Shown here: piece by piece, positions 53,889-63,340 of the stretch | Position numbering within the stretch: position 1 is the stretch's first letter | Layout of the letters: each line of letters opens with the position of its first letter | Assembly: GCA_023247255.1 (NCBI GenBank) | Contig: JAHFGV010000005.1 | Location: 6,067 to 70,066 of the forward strand | Source of the DNA: Candidatus Omnitrophota bacterium | GTDB lineage: Bacteria; Omnitrophota; Gorgyraeia; Aquiviventales; Aquiviventaceae | DNA: 64,000 nucleotides | Direction of reading: 5' to 3' | Notes under the pieces: model-generated | Told to the model about the DNA's origin: nothing | Database searches by the model: none | What the model saw: only the letters and a program-made list of their open reading frames with translations | Program-made: the position numbers and the translations under genes

Positions 53889-54875
53889 GTGATGGGCGCA
53901 CTCTGCGATCGGTTTGGCCGTCGCATCGAGTACCTGCGCATCTCGGTGACGGATCGGTGTAACCTCCGCTGCATCTATTGCCTGCCGGCGTGCGGAATCA
54001 AGTGGCTGCCGCGCGAGGAGATCCTGCGGTTTGAGGAGATCCGGGAAATCGTTCGCGTTGGGATAGCCCTGGGACTCACCCATGTGCGGCTGACCGGCGG
54101 CGAGCCACTCATCCGCGAAGGCCTTGCCGAGCTCGTCCAGATGCTCGCGGCGATCCCACACCTCGAAGACCTCTCCTTGAGTACGAACGGGGTGTTGCTC
54201 TCGCGAGACGCGAGGACGCTTGCGCGCGCCGGCCTTCGGCGCGTCAACATCAGCCTCGACACGCTAAAGGCTGAGCGGTTTCATGCCATCACGCGCTTCG
54301 GCGCGGTGTCCGATGTCCAGGCGGGGATTGAAGCTGCCTTGGAAGTGGGGCTTGATCCGGTCAAGCTCAATGTCGTGGTCATGCGCGGAATCAACGACGA
54401 TGAACTCGTTGAACTGGGTCGCCTCACAATCGATCGACCACTCCATGTGCGCTTTATCGAGCTGATGCCCATCGGGGATTTCTTCTCACGGGAGCGCCTG
54501 GTGCCGTCCGAGGAAATCCTCGCGTGTCTGGGCGCGTTGGGTGAGCTGTGGCCGAGTAGTGGCCCAGGTGGTTGCGGCCCGGCGAGAACGTTTGCGTTGG
54601 ACAAAGCGCAGGGAACCATCGGCATCATCGGGGCGGTAACGCAGGCCTTCTGTGCGCAGTGCAATCGGCTTCGGCTGACGGCAACCGGCCAGTTGCGGCC
54701 GTGTCTTGATGATACCGCAGCGGTTGATCTCAAACCCGCGCTGCGCCCCGCGATTGATCCCGGGCGGCTCGCTGAGTTGGTGCAACAGGCCGTAGAAGCA
54801 AAACCAGAGCAGCACAGCATGGCGCAACGGGATGCGGGGACCCCCCGCTTCTGCATGGCGGGAGTCGGCGGATGA
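53889..54875 (+). CDS. moaA: GTP 3',8-cyclase (radical SAM)
   Basis: LRISVTDRCNLRCIYC radical-SAM motif and C-terminal CAQCNRLRLTATGQLRPC. The start is GTG 53889 or ATG 53892. Confidence 0.9.
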   Translation: MMGALCDRFGRRIEYLRISVTDRCNLRCIYCLPACGIKWLPREEILRFEEIREIVRVGIALGLTHVRLTGGEPLIREGLAELVQMLAAIPHLEDLSLSTNGVLLSRDARTLARAGLRRVNISLDTLKAERFHAITRFGAVSDVQAGIEAALEVGLDPVKLNVVVMRGINDDELVELGRLTIDRPLHVRFIELMPIGDFFSRERLVPSEEILACLGALGELWPSSGPGGCGPARTFALDKAQGTIGIIGAVTQAFCAQCNRLRLTATGQLRPCLDDTAAVDLKPALRPAIDPGRLAELVQQAVEAKPEQHSMAQRDAGTPRFCMAGVGG

Positions 54876-55348
54876 AGATGGTTTCGACGCAGCGTCGACA
54901 CAACGCGCAGGTGCGCATGGCGGATGTAAGCGCGAAGTCCCCAATCCTCCGGACGGCGGTGGCGCGGTGTGAACTGGTGATGAAGCCAAGGACGCTGGCG
55001 ACCATTAAGGCGGGCAAACTGCCAAAGGGCGATGTATGGCCGGTCGCCCAGGTCGCGGGGATTCTGGCGACGAAGCGAACGGCCGAGCTCATCCCCCTGT
55101 GCCATCCAATTTCAATCAACCATGTCACCTTGCGTCAGGAATTGAATGGGCGATGTGTGACAATTGAAGCTGAGGTCACCACGACGGCGCCCACAGGCCC
55201 GGAAATGGAAGCCCTGACGGCGGCGGCCGTCGCGGCGCTTACGGTCTACGACATGTGCAAAGTCATCGAACGGGGCATCGTGATTCGACAGCTGTATCTG
55301 GTGAGCAAGTCAGGTGGTAAGAGCGGCACGTGGAGGCGACATCAGTAA
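54872..55348 (+). CDS. moaC: cyclic pyranopterin monophosphate synthase
   Basis: 158 aa with KGDVWPVAQVAGILATKRTAELIPLCHP. Confidence 0.9.
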   Translation: MKMVSTQRRHNAQVRMADVSAKSPILRTAVARCELVMKPRTLATIKAGKLPKGDVWPVAQVAGILATKRTAELIPLCHPISINHVTLRQELNGRCVTIEAEVTTTAPTGPEMEALTAAAVAALTVYDMCKVIERGIVIRQLYLVSKSGGKSGTWRRHQ

Positions 55349-55584
55349 TGTGGTCACGCTGTTGGTGGGCGACCTGGGTGTCAGGGTTCTTCGGGATCGC
55401 CGGTGTCTTGCATGTGGCGAGGTTCTTCTTCCGCGTTCCCGTGCGGGTCGGGACGTATGATGTCCCGCTCAGGGTCAGCGTGCTGGTTGGCGTGGTGTTC
55501 GTCAGCATCTCAGCGGGGTTGCTCTGGATCGAGGTCCAGCGTGAGCGAACCAAGCGTCGCTCAGTGGGAGAACAGAAGGCGTAA
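55330..55584 (+). CDS. hypothetical small membrane protein
   Basis: Two hydrophobic segments and a basic tail. The start is uncertain (55330 or 55348). Confidence 0.3.
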   Translation: MEATSVMWSRCWWATWVSGFFGIAGVLHVARFFFRVPVRVGTYDVPLRVSVLVGVVFVSISAGLLWIEVQRERTKRRSVGEQKA

Positions 55585-55585
55585 G

Positions 55586-56068
55586 ATGACGTGGGAGGTG
55601 GGGATTCTGACCGTCAGCGACACGCGCTCTCAAGGCATCCGGGCAGACACGGCGACAGCGCTCATCCGCCAACTCTTGGAGAAGGCCGGGTTTGCGGTGT
55701 GCGAGACCCTCCTGGTTCCAGATGATGTCCGGCAGATTCAAGAGCTGCTCATCGACTTCGCCGATCGGCGGAAGCTTCCACTCGTTATCACAACCGGGGG
55801 GACAGGCTTTGGGCCACGCGACGTGACCCCGGAGGCGACGTGTCGTGTGATCGAACGCGAGGTGCCGGGTTTGCCTGAAGCGATGCGAGTGGCCACGGCA
55901 GAACGAAATCCTCTAGCTTGGTTATCACGTGGCGTGGCGGGACTGCGAGGCCGCACCCTGATCGTCAATCTCCCAGGTAATCCCGATGGCGCAATGGAGT
56001 GCTTAGAGGCGCTCCTGCCGCTATTGCCGCATGCACTTGAGATGGTCAACGGATGCGCTCATGGGTGA
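55586..56068 (+). CDS. moaB: MoaB/Mog-family molybdopterin adenylyltransferase
   Basis: ATG 55586 with ILTVSDT and ITTGGTGFGPRDVTPEA. Confidence 0.85.
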   Translation: MTWEVGILTVSDTRSQGIRADTATALIRQLLEKAGFAVCETLLVPDDVRQIQELLIDFADRRKLPLVITTGGTGFGPRDVTPEATCRVIEREVPGLPEAMRVATAERNPLAWLSRGVAGLRGRTLIVNLPGNPDGAMECLEALLPLLPHALEMVNGCAHG

Positions 56069-56705
56069 CCATCAGCACCACGCGCAGACCATTCGGCACT
56101 TTGGGCACCTGGCCGCCCACTACGACCATCGGCATCGGCACTATAACCAGGTGACCTTGAGCCGGGCGGTGGAAGCGCTAAAGCTCTCTCCGGCGGGATG
56201 TGTGCTCGACGTGGGGTGTGGGACCGGGGAGCTGATGCGGCTCGTGCAGAGTCACCATCCGCAGGCAACCCTCGTCGGGATCGGTGTGACGCCTGAGATG
56301 ATTGCGGTCACACGGGAGAAATTTCAGCACGTGCCTCGGGTGAGGTTGTGCCTCGCGGAAGCCGAGGCGCTGCCGTTTGCTGCGGAAAGTTTCGAGGCGG
56401 TCGTCTCCTGTAACATGTTGCATCATGTGCACGCGATCGACCAGTTGTTTCGCGAATGTGCGCGGGTCCTGCGACCCCAGGGTCAATTGGTCGTTGTCGA
56501 CTGGTCCCGGGACTTCTGGCACTGCCAGCTGGCCCACTACTGTCTCCGTCTTGTCAAGCGTAGCTACGTGAAGATGTACCGCGCGTCCGAACTCGTCAAG
56601 CTCGCTGCGCCGCTTGGCCTAGCCGTGGAGGATGTCAGCCGGTTCTTCGTGCCACCCTATTTCGGGATGATGCGGGTGGTGGCCACAAGGCAGGAGACGC
56701 CTTGA
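56061..56705 (+). CDS. class I SAM-dependent methyltransferase
   Basis: ATG 56061. Motif I VLDVGCGTGEL and a His-rich N-terminus. Confidence 0.7.
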   Translation: MGDHQHHAQTIRHFGHLAAHYDHRHRHYNQVTLSRAVEALKLSPAGCVLDVGCGTGELMRLVQSHHPQATLVGIGVTPEMIAVTREKFQHVPRVRLCLAEAEALPFAAESFEAVVSCNMLHHVHAIDQLFRECARVLRPQGQLVVVDWSRDFWHCQLAHYCLRLVKRSYVKMYRASELVKLAAPLGLAVEDVSRFFVPPYFGMMRVVATRQETP

Positions 56706-56706
56706 G

Positions 56707-57440
56707 ATGGACGGCCTGTGGTGGCTTGTCCCTGTGTTTTTTGTGATTGCCCTGGCATACGCTTCGGTGGGGCACGGGGGCGCATCGGGGTATCTGGCGG
56801 CGCTGTCGTTTTTCGCCTTCTGTCCGGATGAAATGGCCACGACGGCGCTCACGTTGAATCTCTTCGTAGCTGGCATAGCCCTGATGAGCTTTGCGCGGGC
56901 AGGCCATTTTGTCGGCCGACTCACGTGGCCGTTTGTCGTCGCGTCGGTCCCAGCCGCTTTTCTGGGAGGGCTCATCCCTGTGTCGGTTCGCTTCTATCAG
57001 GTGCTGCTCGCGATCGCCTTGGGCGTGGCGGCGGTCCGTCTTTCCCTGGATCTCCGTGGCCGAGAAGAGGGTCGTGTCGTGAGGCCCAGCTTGGCGCTCG
57101 CGTTGCCGACCGGCGGCGGAATCGGGTGGCTCTCGGGAGTAGTCGGCGTAGGAGGAGGGATTTTCCTGAGCCCCTTTCTGCTGTTATTGCGCTGGGCTAC
57201 CCCAAAGCAGACAGCCGCCGCTTCAGCCGCGTTCATCCTCATCAATTCAGCCGCCGGTCTTTGCGGGCGGTCAGATCCGGCCTTGAGTATGGAACCCTGT
57301 GGCCGTTGCTCGCAGCCGCCCTGATCGGTGGATGGGTTGGCGCACACCTGGGCGCGAACCATTTCTCTGGACAGATACTAAAACGGCTCCTGGCGGTCAT
57401 ACTTCTCATCGCAGCTGCCAAGTTGCTTATCAGCCAATGA
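56707..57440 (+). pseudogene. TauE/SafE (DUF81) family membrane transporter, frameshifted
   Basis: The two track ORFs (56707..57324, 56925..57440) join as ..INSAAGLCG / AVRSGLEYGTLWPLL.. across a G-run at 57265-57267. GGASGY and GVGGGIF motifs are present. Confidence 0.6.
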
Positions 57441-58690
57441 GCGCACACAGGACACAGGTTCACGTTTCGGCACCCCGCCTCACCCGTGTTGACGAAGCCA
57501 GACGCATCGTGCTGGCGCAGGCCACGACGCTTGGCCCAGAACGGGTGCGGTTGGAGGATGGCATCGGCCGGGTCCTTGCGCAAGACGTCATCGCCGAGGC
57601 GAGCTTACCTCCCTTTGACAACTCGGCGATGGATGGCTATACCGTTCGATCCGCCGATACGGCTGGTGCGTCACGAGAACAACCCGTGAGGCTGAAGCTT
57701 GTCGGTAAGGTGGCTGCTGGTCAGACGCTGGAACGTGAGGTCAACCGAGGCGAGGCGGCCAAGATCATGACCGGGGCGCCGCTTCCGATCGGGGCCGATA
57801 GCGTCGTGATGTTAGAAGAAGCGCGGTTCCGTGATGGGATCGTCGAGATCCGAAGTCCCGTGGCGCCTGGGAGCCACATCCGCAAAGTAGGTGAGGATAT
57901 CCCGGCGGGCAACAGCGTCCTCACGGCGGGGTCCCGGATTCGCCTCCAGCATCTCGGTCTGCTCGCTGGGTTGGGATATGCGACGCTTCCGGTCTATCGC
58001 TCGCCCACCGTCGTGGTCCTGGCGACCGGCAGCGAACTCGTGAACATCGACGAGCCACTGGCGCCAGGAAAGATCCGCAACTCCAACGGCTTGGTGCTGG
58101 CTGCCCTCCTGCGCCAGCTTGGGATCCAGCCCCTTGATCTGGGCACGGCGGTTGATGAACGAGTGCGCATCCAGCGAAAGCTCCAGGAAGCTGCCGCGTC
58201 TGACGTCATCCTGATTTCTGGAGGCGTGTCAGTTGGCGAACACGATCTCGTGAAGCGCATTCTGCGGGATCTGGGGATGGAGATATTCTTCTGGCGGGTC
58301 AACATGAAACCCGGAAAGCCGCTGCTCTTCGGGCGCTGGCGAGGCAAAGTGATATTTGGGTTGCCAGGCAATCCCATTTCCTGTGTGGTGTGTTTTCTGG
58401 AATTCATCAGTCCGTTTCTGAGAAAAGTGATGGGGGAACGGGACGTGGATCAGGGACGGGTTCACGCACGGCTCACTCAGTCGATCAGGAAGAAAGAGCC
58501 ACGTAGGCAACTCTTCACGGCGAAGCTCGAAGAGGATCAGGGCGGGCTTTCGGTGACGCCGACACCGCAGCAGGGCTCAGGGATGCTCAACAGCCTTGCG
58601 CAGGCGAATGCCTTCATCGTCGTTCCTGAGGAAACGATGCGACTTGAGGCCAGTGATCTCGTCGAAGTCCTACCACTGTGGGGTGACTGA
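57437..58690 (+). CDS. moeA: molybdopterin molybdotransferase
   Basis: ATG 57437 overlaps the upstream stop (ATGA). LPPFDNSAMDGY and a GGVSVG-like motif. Confidence 0.9.
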   Translation: MSAHRTQVHVSAPRLTRVDEARRIVLAQATTLGPERVRLEDGIGRVLAQDVIAEASLPPFDNSAMDGYTVRSADTAGASREQPVRLKLVGKVAAGQTLEREVNRGEAAKIMTGAPLPIGADSVVMLEEARFRDGIVEIRSPVAPGSHIRKVGEDIPAGNSVLTAGSRIRLQHLGLLAGLGYATLPVYRSPTVVVLATGSELVNIDEPLAPGKIRNSNGLVLAALLRQLGIQPLDLGTAVDERVRIQRKLQEAAASDVILISGGVSVGEHDLVKRILRDLGMEIFFWRVNMKPGKPLLFGRWRGKVIFGLPGNPISCVVCFLEFISPFLRKVMGERDVDQGRVHARLTQSIRKKEPRRQLFTAKLEEDQGGLSVTPTPQQGSGMLNSLAQANAFIVVPEETMRLEASDLVEVLPLWGD

Positions 58691-59172
58691 TGGCGCTCGT
58701 GGTGAGTATCTATGGCCCGTCAGGCAGCGGTAAGACGACGCTGATCGAACGTTTGATCCCTCGGCTTGTGGCACGTGGCCTCAAGATCGGTGTGATCAAG
58801 CATACTCACCACGGCCTTACGGTGGATCCTCAAGGGAAGGATAGCTGGCGAATATGGCAGGCTGGCGCGCAGGCGGTGCTTCTGGCTGCGCCACAGGAAA
58901 TTCTACTGAGGCAGCGGAGTTCGGAACCTTCCTTTGGCAGCGCACTGGCACTGATGCCCGGTGATCTGGATTGCATTTTTGTCGAGGGGTTTGCAGGTGA
59001 CACCACAGCACCGCAAGCGAATGTGCAATTACGGCTGGCCGTTTCTCATGAGGGTGTGTGGCTCAACGGGAGGCAGCGATCTCGCGATGATCTTGCCGCT
59101 GTTGAAGAAGCCATCATTGAGTTGATGAAGGGTTCTACGGGTGCCGACCTGATCAGAATGATGCAGGGATGA
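58690..59172 (+). CDS. mobB: molybdopterin-guanine dinucleotide biosynthesis adaptor MobB
   Basis: P-loop GPSGSGKTT followed by GVIKHTHHG. Confidence 0.85.
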   Translation: MALVVSIYGPSGSGKTTLIERLIPRLVARGLKIGVIKHTHHGLTVDPQGKDSWRIWQAGAQAVLLAAPQEILLRQRSSEPSFGSALALMPGDLDCIFVEGFAGDTTAPQANVQLRLAVSHEGVWLNGRQRSRDDLAAVEEAIIELMKGSTGADLIRMMQG

Positions 59173-59195
59173 CCGTTTCGAGCATAGCAGTCCAA

Positions 59196-59441
59196 ATGTC
59201 CGTCCGAGTTCTGTCGTTTGCCCAGTTACGGGGGCTGTTTGGAGCCGACGAGCTGGTCGTGTCCCTGCCGGGTGGATCGACTGGTCGGGACGTGATGAGA
59301 TGGTTTGTCCAACGCAACCCTAAGGTGGAAGATTTGCTTTCGGTTTCGCGGCTGGCGGTCAACGGTGAGTACGTGTCGTTGGAGCAGGTATTGAAGGATC
59401 GGGATGAGGTCGTGATCATCCCTCCGGTGAGCGGAGGCTGA
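59196..59441 (+). CDS. moaD: molybdopterin synthase sulfur-carrier subunit
   Basis: 81 aa from ATG 59196 (alternative start 59169), ending ..IIPPVSGG. Confidence 0.8.
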   Translation: MSVRVLSFAQLRGLFGADELVVSLPGGSTGRDVMRWFVQRNPKVEDLLSVSRLAVNGEYVSLEQVLKDRDEVVIIPPVSGG

Positions 59442-59443
59442 CG

Positions 59444-59872
59444 ATGGCCTTTTTGACGCATGACCCCATTTCAGTGACCGAGTGGCACGACATTACTGTT
59501 GATCAGCGCAACGGTGCCTCTGTGGAGTTTCTGGGGATTGTGCGCGGACACGAGGGGAATCGAGCGATCGTCTATCTCGAGTATGAGGCGTATGAGCCGA
59601 TGGCAGAGCGGCTCATCGCCCAGTTTGTTAAGGAAGCTAAAACGCGCTGGCCTCTTCACCAGGTCTACGCGCGTCATCGCTTGGGCCGAGTGGATGTGGG
59701 AGAGATTGCCGTGCTGATCGGCGTCCAGGCGCCACACCGGGACCAAGTGTTTGAAGCGTGCCGCTTCCTCATCGACGCCATCAAACGTGATGCGCCGATC
59801 TGGAAGATAGCCTATGACGCAACCGGCGAAGTCGCCCAGGAATACCATGTCTACGAAGGCCGAAATCACTGA
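59444..59872 (+). CDS. moaE: molybdopterin synthase catalytic subunit
   Basis: 142 aa with GASVEFLGIVR, YEAYEPMAE and APIWK. Confidence 0.85.
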   Translation: MAFLTHDPISVTEWHDITVDQRNGASVEFLGIVRGHEGNRAIVYLEYEAYEPMAERLIAQFVKEAKTRWPLHQVYARHRLGRVDVGEIAVLIGVQAPHRDQVFEACRFLIDAIKRDAPIWKIAYDATGEVAQEYHVYEGRNH

Positions 59873-60644
59873 CACAATCGCACACCCAGCGCCTGCAACA
59901 TTAGCAGAAGATCGACTACTTTCAACTGAAGATCGTAAGCTCTCGATCCTTGGGCACCTCGAAGAACTCAGGCGGCGTCTGTGGGTCTGCCTGCTCGCCG
60001 TCGCTGGGGCGTCGGCGGTGAGCTTCACATGGGTCGGGCAACTCATCGAGTGGCTGAAACGGCCGGCTGGTGCGGCATTGCCAAAGCTGGCGTTCTTCAG
60101 CCCTCCTGAGGCGCTCCTCGCCTACATGAAGGTGGCTGTGACGGCGGGGCTGTTCCTTTGCATGCCGGTCGTGCTCTATGAGCTGTGGGCTTTTGTGAAA
60201 CCTGGCCTGAGCCGTCAGGAGGGCCGCTACGGCGTGGCGTTTGTCTGGTGGGGCAGCGTGCTCTTTCTGGCAGGTGGTGCCTTTGCCTATTGGGTACTCC
60301 TGCCTGTATCGCTGAAGTTCCTGCTCGGCTTTGGCGGGGGGACCCTTGAGCCGATCATCTCGATCAGCAAGTACCTGTCGTTCACCGTGGCGGTCATTCT
60401 GGCCTGTGGGATGGTGTTCCAGCTTCCGCTATTGATCTTCCTGCTGGCGAAACTGGATCTGGTGAAGCCGCGCACGCTCCGGAGCAAGTGGCGCCATGCC
60501 GTGGTGGCGATGGTGGTTGCCGCAGCCCTGCTGACGCCGACCACCGATGTTGCCACGATGCTGCTGCTGGTCGTGCCGATGCTCGCACTCTACGAAGTCT
60601 CAATCTGGATCGCGGGCGTTGCAACACCCAAAGGACGGATGTAA
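59847..60644 (+). CDS. tatC: twin-arginine translocase subunit TatC
   Basis: LSILGHLEELRRRL followed by 6 TM helices. The start is 59847 or 59814; both overlap moaE. Confidence 0.85.
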   Translation: MSTKAEITDTIAHPAPATLAEDRLLSTEDRKLSILGHLEELRRRLWVCLLAVAGASAVSFTWVGQLIEWLKRPAGAALPKLAFFSPPEALLAYMKVAVTAGLFLCMPVVLYELWAFVKPGLSRQEGRYGVAFVWWGSVLFLAGGAFAYWVLLPVSLKFLLGFGGGTLEPIISISKYLSFTVAVILACGMVFQLPLLIFLLAKLDLVKPRTLRSKWRHAVVAMVVAAALLTPTTDVATMLLLVVPMLALYEVSIWIAGVATPKGRM

Positions 60645-61435
60645 TGGCAGCCGGAGTGACTGGAATCATCCTGGCAGGGGGTGAGAGCCGGCGCATGGGC
60701 CGGAACAAAGCGTTCCTGCCGTGGGGAGACACCACGCTCATCGAACATCTGCTTGAGCGGCTTAAGCCCGTGACGGATGAGCTGATCGTGGCGGTGAAGG
60801 ATGCGCGGGCGTTCCGGAATCTCAAGGCGAGGGTCGTGGAGGATTGCGTGCCGGATGCGCATGCGCTCGGCGGGCTTTACACCGGTTTGCGGACGGCATC
60901 GCATGAGCTGTGCTTCGTGTGTGGATGCGACGCGCCGTTCGTCAGCCCAGGACTGGTGTCTGCGCTGGCCGGACTCAGTGACGGCCATGATCTTGTCATC
61001 CCTCGGAGCCCACGCGGACTCGAGCCGCTTCACGCAGTCTATGCACGCTCATCGTCGCTGCCGGCGATCGAATGGCAACTACGGCGGCAGGTGTGGGATC
61101 TGCTGGTTCTGGTCTCGCGGCTTCGCGTGCGCATCGTGGAAGGCGAGGCGCTTCGGCGGATCGATCCGGCGGGACGCTGCTTCGTGAACCTCAACACCGA
61201 GGCGGACTACGCGATGGCGGAGGCCGTGAGGGTCAGACTTGCGCGGCGCGGGCAAGCAGCGGATGAGAGGTCAGCAGCGCGATCCAGACGCGACGAGCCT
61301 CCCTGCACGCCAGGCGTTTGGCCGCAACCTGTTCCTTCAAGGTCAGCAGGGATGTTTGGGAAGCTTCGGAGAGGGTCTCGCGCAATCGGCGGTACTCCTT
61401 CTCCCAGCGTTCCCATTCGTACAGGGCGGCCTTGA
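60644..61435 (+). CDS. mobA: molybdenum cofactor guanylyltransferase with ~65-aa tail
   Basis: ATG 60644 overlaps the tatC stop (TAATG). GIILAGGESRRMGRNKAFL. The tail runs antisense into the desaturase 3' end. Confidence 0.8.
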   Translation: MAAGVTGIILAGGESRRMGRNKAFLPWGDTTLIEHLLERLKPVTDELIVAVKDARAFRNLKARVVEDCVPDAHALGGLYTGLRTASHELCFVCGCDAPFVSPGLVSALAGLSDGHDLVIPRSPRGLEPLHAVYARSSSLPAIEWQLRRQVWDLLVLVSRLRVRIVEGEALRRIDPAGRCFVNLNTEADYAMAEAVRVRLARRGQAADERSAARSRRDEPPCTPGVWPQPVPSRSAGMFGKLRRGSRAIGGTPSPSVPIRTGRP

Positions 61436-62384
61436 GCGTCGCATACCGCTCACGAACCAGCTCCAGCAAGCGAGGGCCTTCGGTTACACGCTGGCCTCCC
61501 AGGGTCCGCTCAATCCGCTGGTGTTCCGCGGCCGCCTTCGCCGCCAGGATGGCATGCTGGGGTGTCCGGTAGAGCTTCCGTGCAAGGCCGCACCACCTCA
61601 TGGCCGCGATGAGCCATTTGCTGGGATCCCAGTGATACCACCGCACCCCGTTGCGGTAGTCGCTGGCGAAGCGATGGTGGAAGTTGTGGTAGCCTTCGCC
61701 GTTGGTGATGAGCGCCACCAGCCAGTGATCGCGGGCCGTGGCGTCGATGTCATAGGTGGCTCTGCCGAAGACGTGGCAGACGGAATTGATGCACCAGGTG
61801 GAGTGGTGGACGAAGGTGAGCCTCCCCACAACCCCCAAGAGGAAGGCGCCTAAGAGATGATCCGTCGCGGCGCCGATGGCCAGTGGCACCAGCACCCCGG
61901 CGGTGATGGCCCATAACAAGTAGTAGCGGTGCTGATGCATGACCAGGGCGTCGGCCTGGAGGTCCTTGACGTTGCTGTAGTCGGGCGCGGAGCGCCAGAA
62001 CAGGAGCCACCCCCAATGGGCGTGCCAAAAGCCCTGCTTGATGTTGTAGGGATCACGTTCCGTGTCGACATAGCGGTGATGATCGCGATGAAGGGACGAC
62101 CACCACAGGGCTGACTGCTCGAAGGCGGCCGCCCCGAAGAAGAGGTTCAGGAGCGTCACGAGGGGATGGGCCTGGAACGAGCGATGGGCGAACAGACGGT
62201 GGTAGCCGACGGTGATACTGCAGCCCGTCAGGATGACGAACGCTAGAAATAAGCCCCACTCCGCGCGGGAAATGCCGACCCGCATGGCGTACCACGGCAG
62301 CGCGGTGAGGCTTACCAGCAGCAACGTCCCAAAGAAGCAGAGGTTGACCACATTGACTGTTCGAACCATACGAACGGGTGACAT
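61233..62384 (-). CDS. acyl-CoA/acyl-lipid delta-9-type fatty acid desaturase
   Basis: 383 aa with His boxes HRLFAH, HRDHH and HNFHH, plus a C-terminal helical extension. Confidence 0.85.
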   Translation of the reverse strand: MSPVRMVRTVNVVNLCFFGTLLLVSLTALPWYAMRVGISRAEWGLFLAFVILTGCSITVGYHRLFAHRSFQAHPLVTLLNLFFGAAAFEQSALWWSSLHRDHHRYVDTERDPYNIKQGFWHAHWGWLLFWRSAPDYSNVKDLQADALVMHQHRYYLLWAITAGVLVPLAIGAATDHLLGAFLLGVVGRLTFVHHSTWCINSVCHVFGRATYDIDATARDHWLVALITNGEGYHNFHHRFASDYRNGVRWYHWDPSKWLIAAMRWCGLARKLYRTPQHAILAAKAAAEHQRIERTLGGQRVTEGPRLLELVRERYATLKAALYEWERWEKEYRRLRETLSEASQTSLLTLKEQVAAKRLACREARRVWIALLTSHPLLARAAQV

Positions 62385-62468
62385 CTCTCTGGGGCCTCCG
62401 GCTGTGGGCCTGATCGGCCGTGTGTTGCGCTTGATCCCACATGTTCTCTGGATCCGCGCATGTTGTCC

Positions 62469-62482
62469 ATGATCGCGGTCAT
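62469..62482. promoter_or_regulatory. Crp/Fnr-type dyad site 6
   Basis: CC-ATGAT-CGCG-GTCAT-GG (9/10), in the divergent desaturase/cupredoxin-like spacer. GACAAT lies at 62505-62510. Confidence 0.4.
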
Positions 62483-62532
62483 GGTCAGGGCCAACGGCGA
62501 TGGAGACAATCTTTCCGAGAGGAGGATCTTAC

Positions 62533-63255
62533 ATGCGTAGAAACGCTTTACTGGTCGTGGGGGTTGCGGTTGGGATGCTCGGTATCCAACCGGCGGATGC
62601 GGCGGAAGGAGAGGGTGTGGGAGGGACGATCGCCGGGCAGGTGCAGTTTGCAGGAACACCGCCGGCCCGCGCGCCGGTGAAGATGAGCGCGGATCCGACC
62701 TGCCAACAGAAACACGCAGAGCCGGTATTGTCAGAGGACGTTATCGTCAACGATAACGGAACGCTCCGCAACGTGTTCGTCTACGTCAAGGAGGGTCTGG
62801 CTGGATCATTTCCACCATCCACCACGCCCGTTGTGCTAGATCAAGATGGTTGCCGCTATCGACCGCGGGTGGTAGGCCTGCAGGTAAGCCAACCGCTGGA
62901 AATCCGCAATAGCGATTCGACGTTGCACAACGTGAACGCCAAACCCAGCACCAACAAGCCCTTCAACCTGGCTCAGCCGGTGCAAGGAATGAAAACCACC
63001 AAAACCTTCAGCTCTCCAGAAGTGATGGTGGAGTTCAGATGCAACGTCCATCCATGGATGCGGGCCTATGTCGGTGTGGTAGCGTACCCTTTCTTCGCGG
63101 TGTCGGATGAGACCGGCGCATTTGGTATCTCCGGCCTGCCGGCGGGGAGCTACACGCTCGAGGCCTGGCACGAGGTCTACGGCACGCAGTCCCAGACGGT
63201 CACGGTGGCGGCGGGCCAGAGTGCGTCTGTCACGTTTTCGTTTTCCGCCAACTAA
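62533..63255 (+). CDS. secreted cupredoxin-like plus carboxypeptidase-regulatory-like domain protein
   Basis: ATG 62533 follows GAGAGGAGG, then a signal peptide. CNVHPWMRAYVGV and GISGLPAGSYTLEAWHE. Confidence 0.5.
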   Translation: MRRNALLVVGVAVGMLGIQPADAAEGEGVGGTIAGQVQFAGTPPARAPVKMSADPTCQQKHAEPVLSEDVIVNDNGTLRNVFVYVKEGLAGSFPPSTTPVVLDQDGCRYRPRVVGLQVSQPLEIRNSDSTLHNVNAKPSTNKPFNLAQPVQGMKTTKTFSSPEVMVEFRCNVHPWMRAYVGVVAYPFFAVSDETGAFGISGLPAGSYTLEAWHEVYGTQSQTVTVAAGQSASVTFSFSAN

Positions 63256-63283
63256 TCTGGGCTGGCGTAGTCAGCCAACCTCA

Positions 63284-63297
63284 ATGATCTCCATCAT
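63284..63297. promoter_or_regulatory. Crp/Fnr-type dyad site 7 (FNR-like variant)
   Basis: ATGAT-CTCC-ATCAT-GGAAG. TATTAT lies at 63320-63325. Confidence 0.4.
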
Positions 63298-63340
63298 GGA
63301 AGTCCTGGAGGGATAGTTGTATTATGTGAATTTAGCGTAA

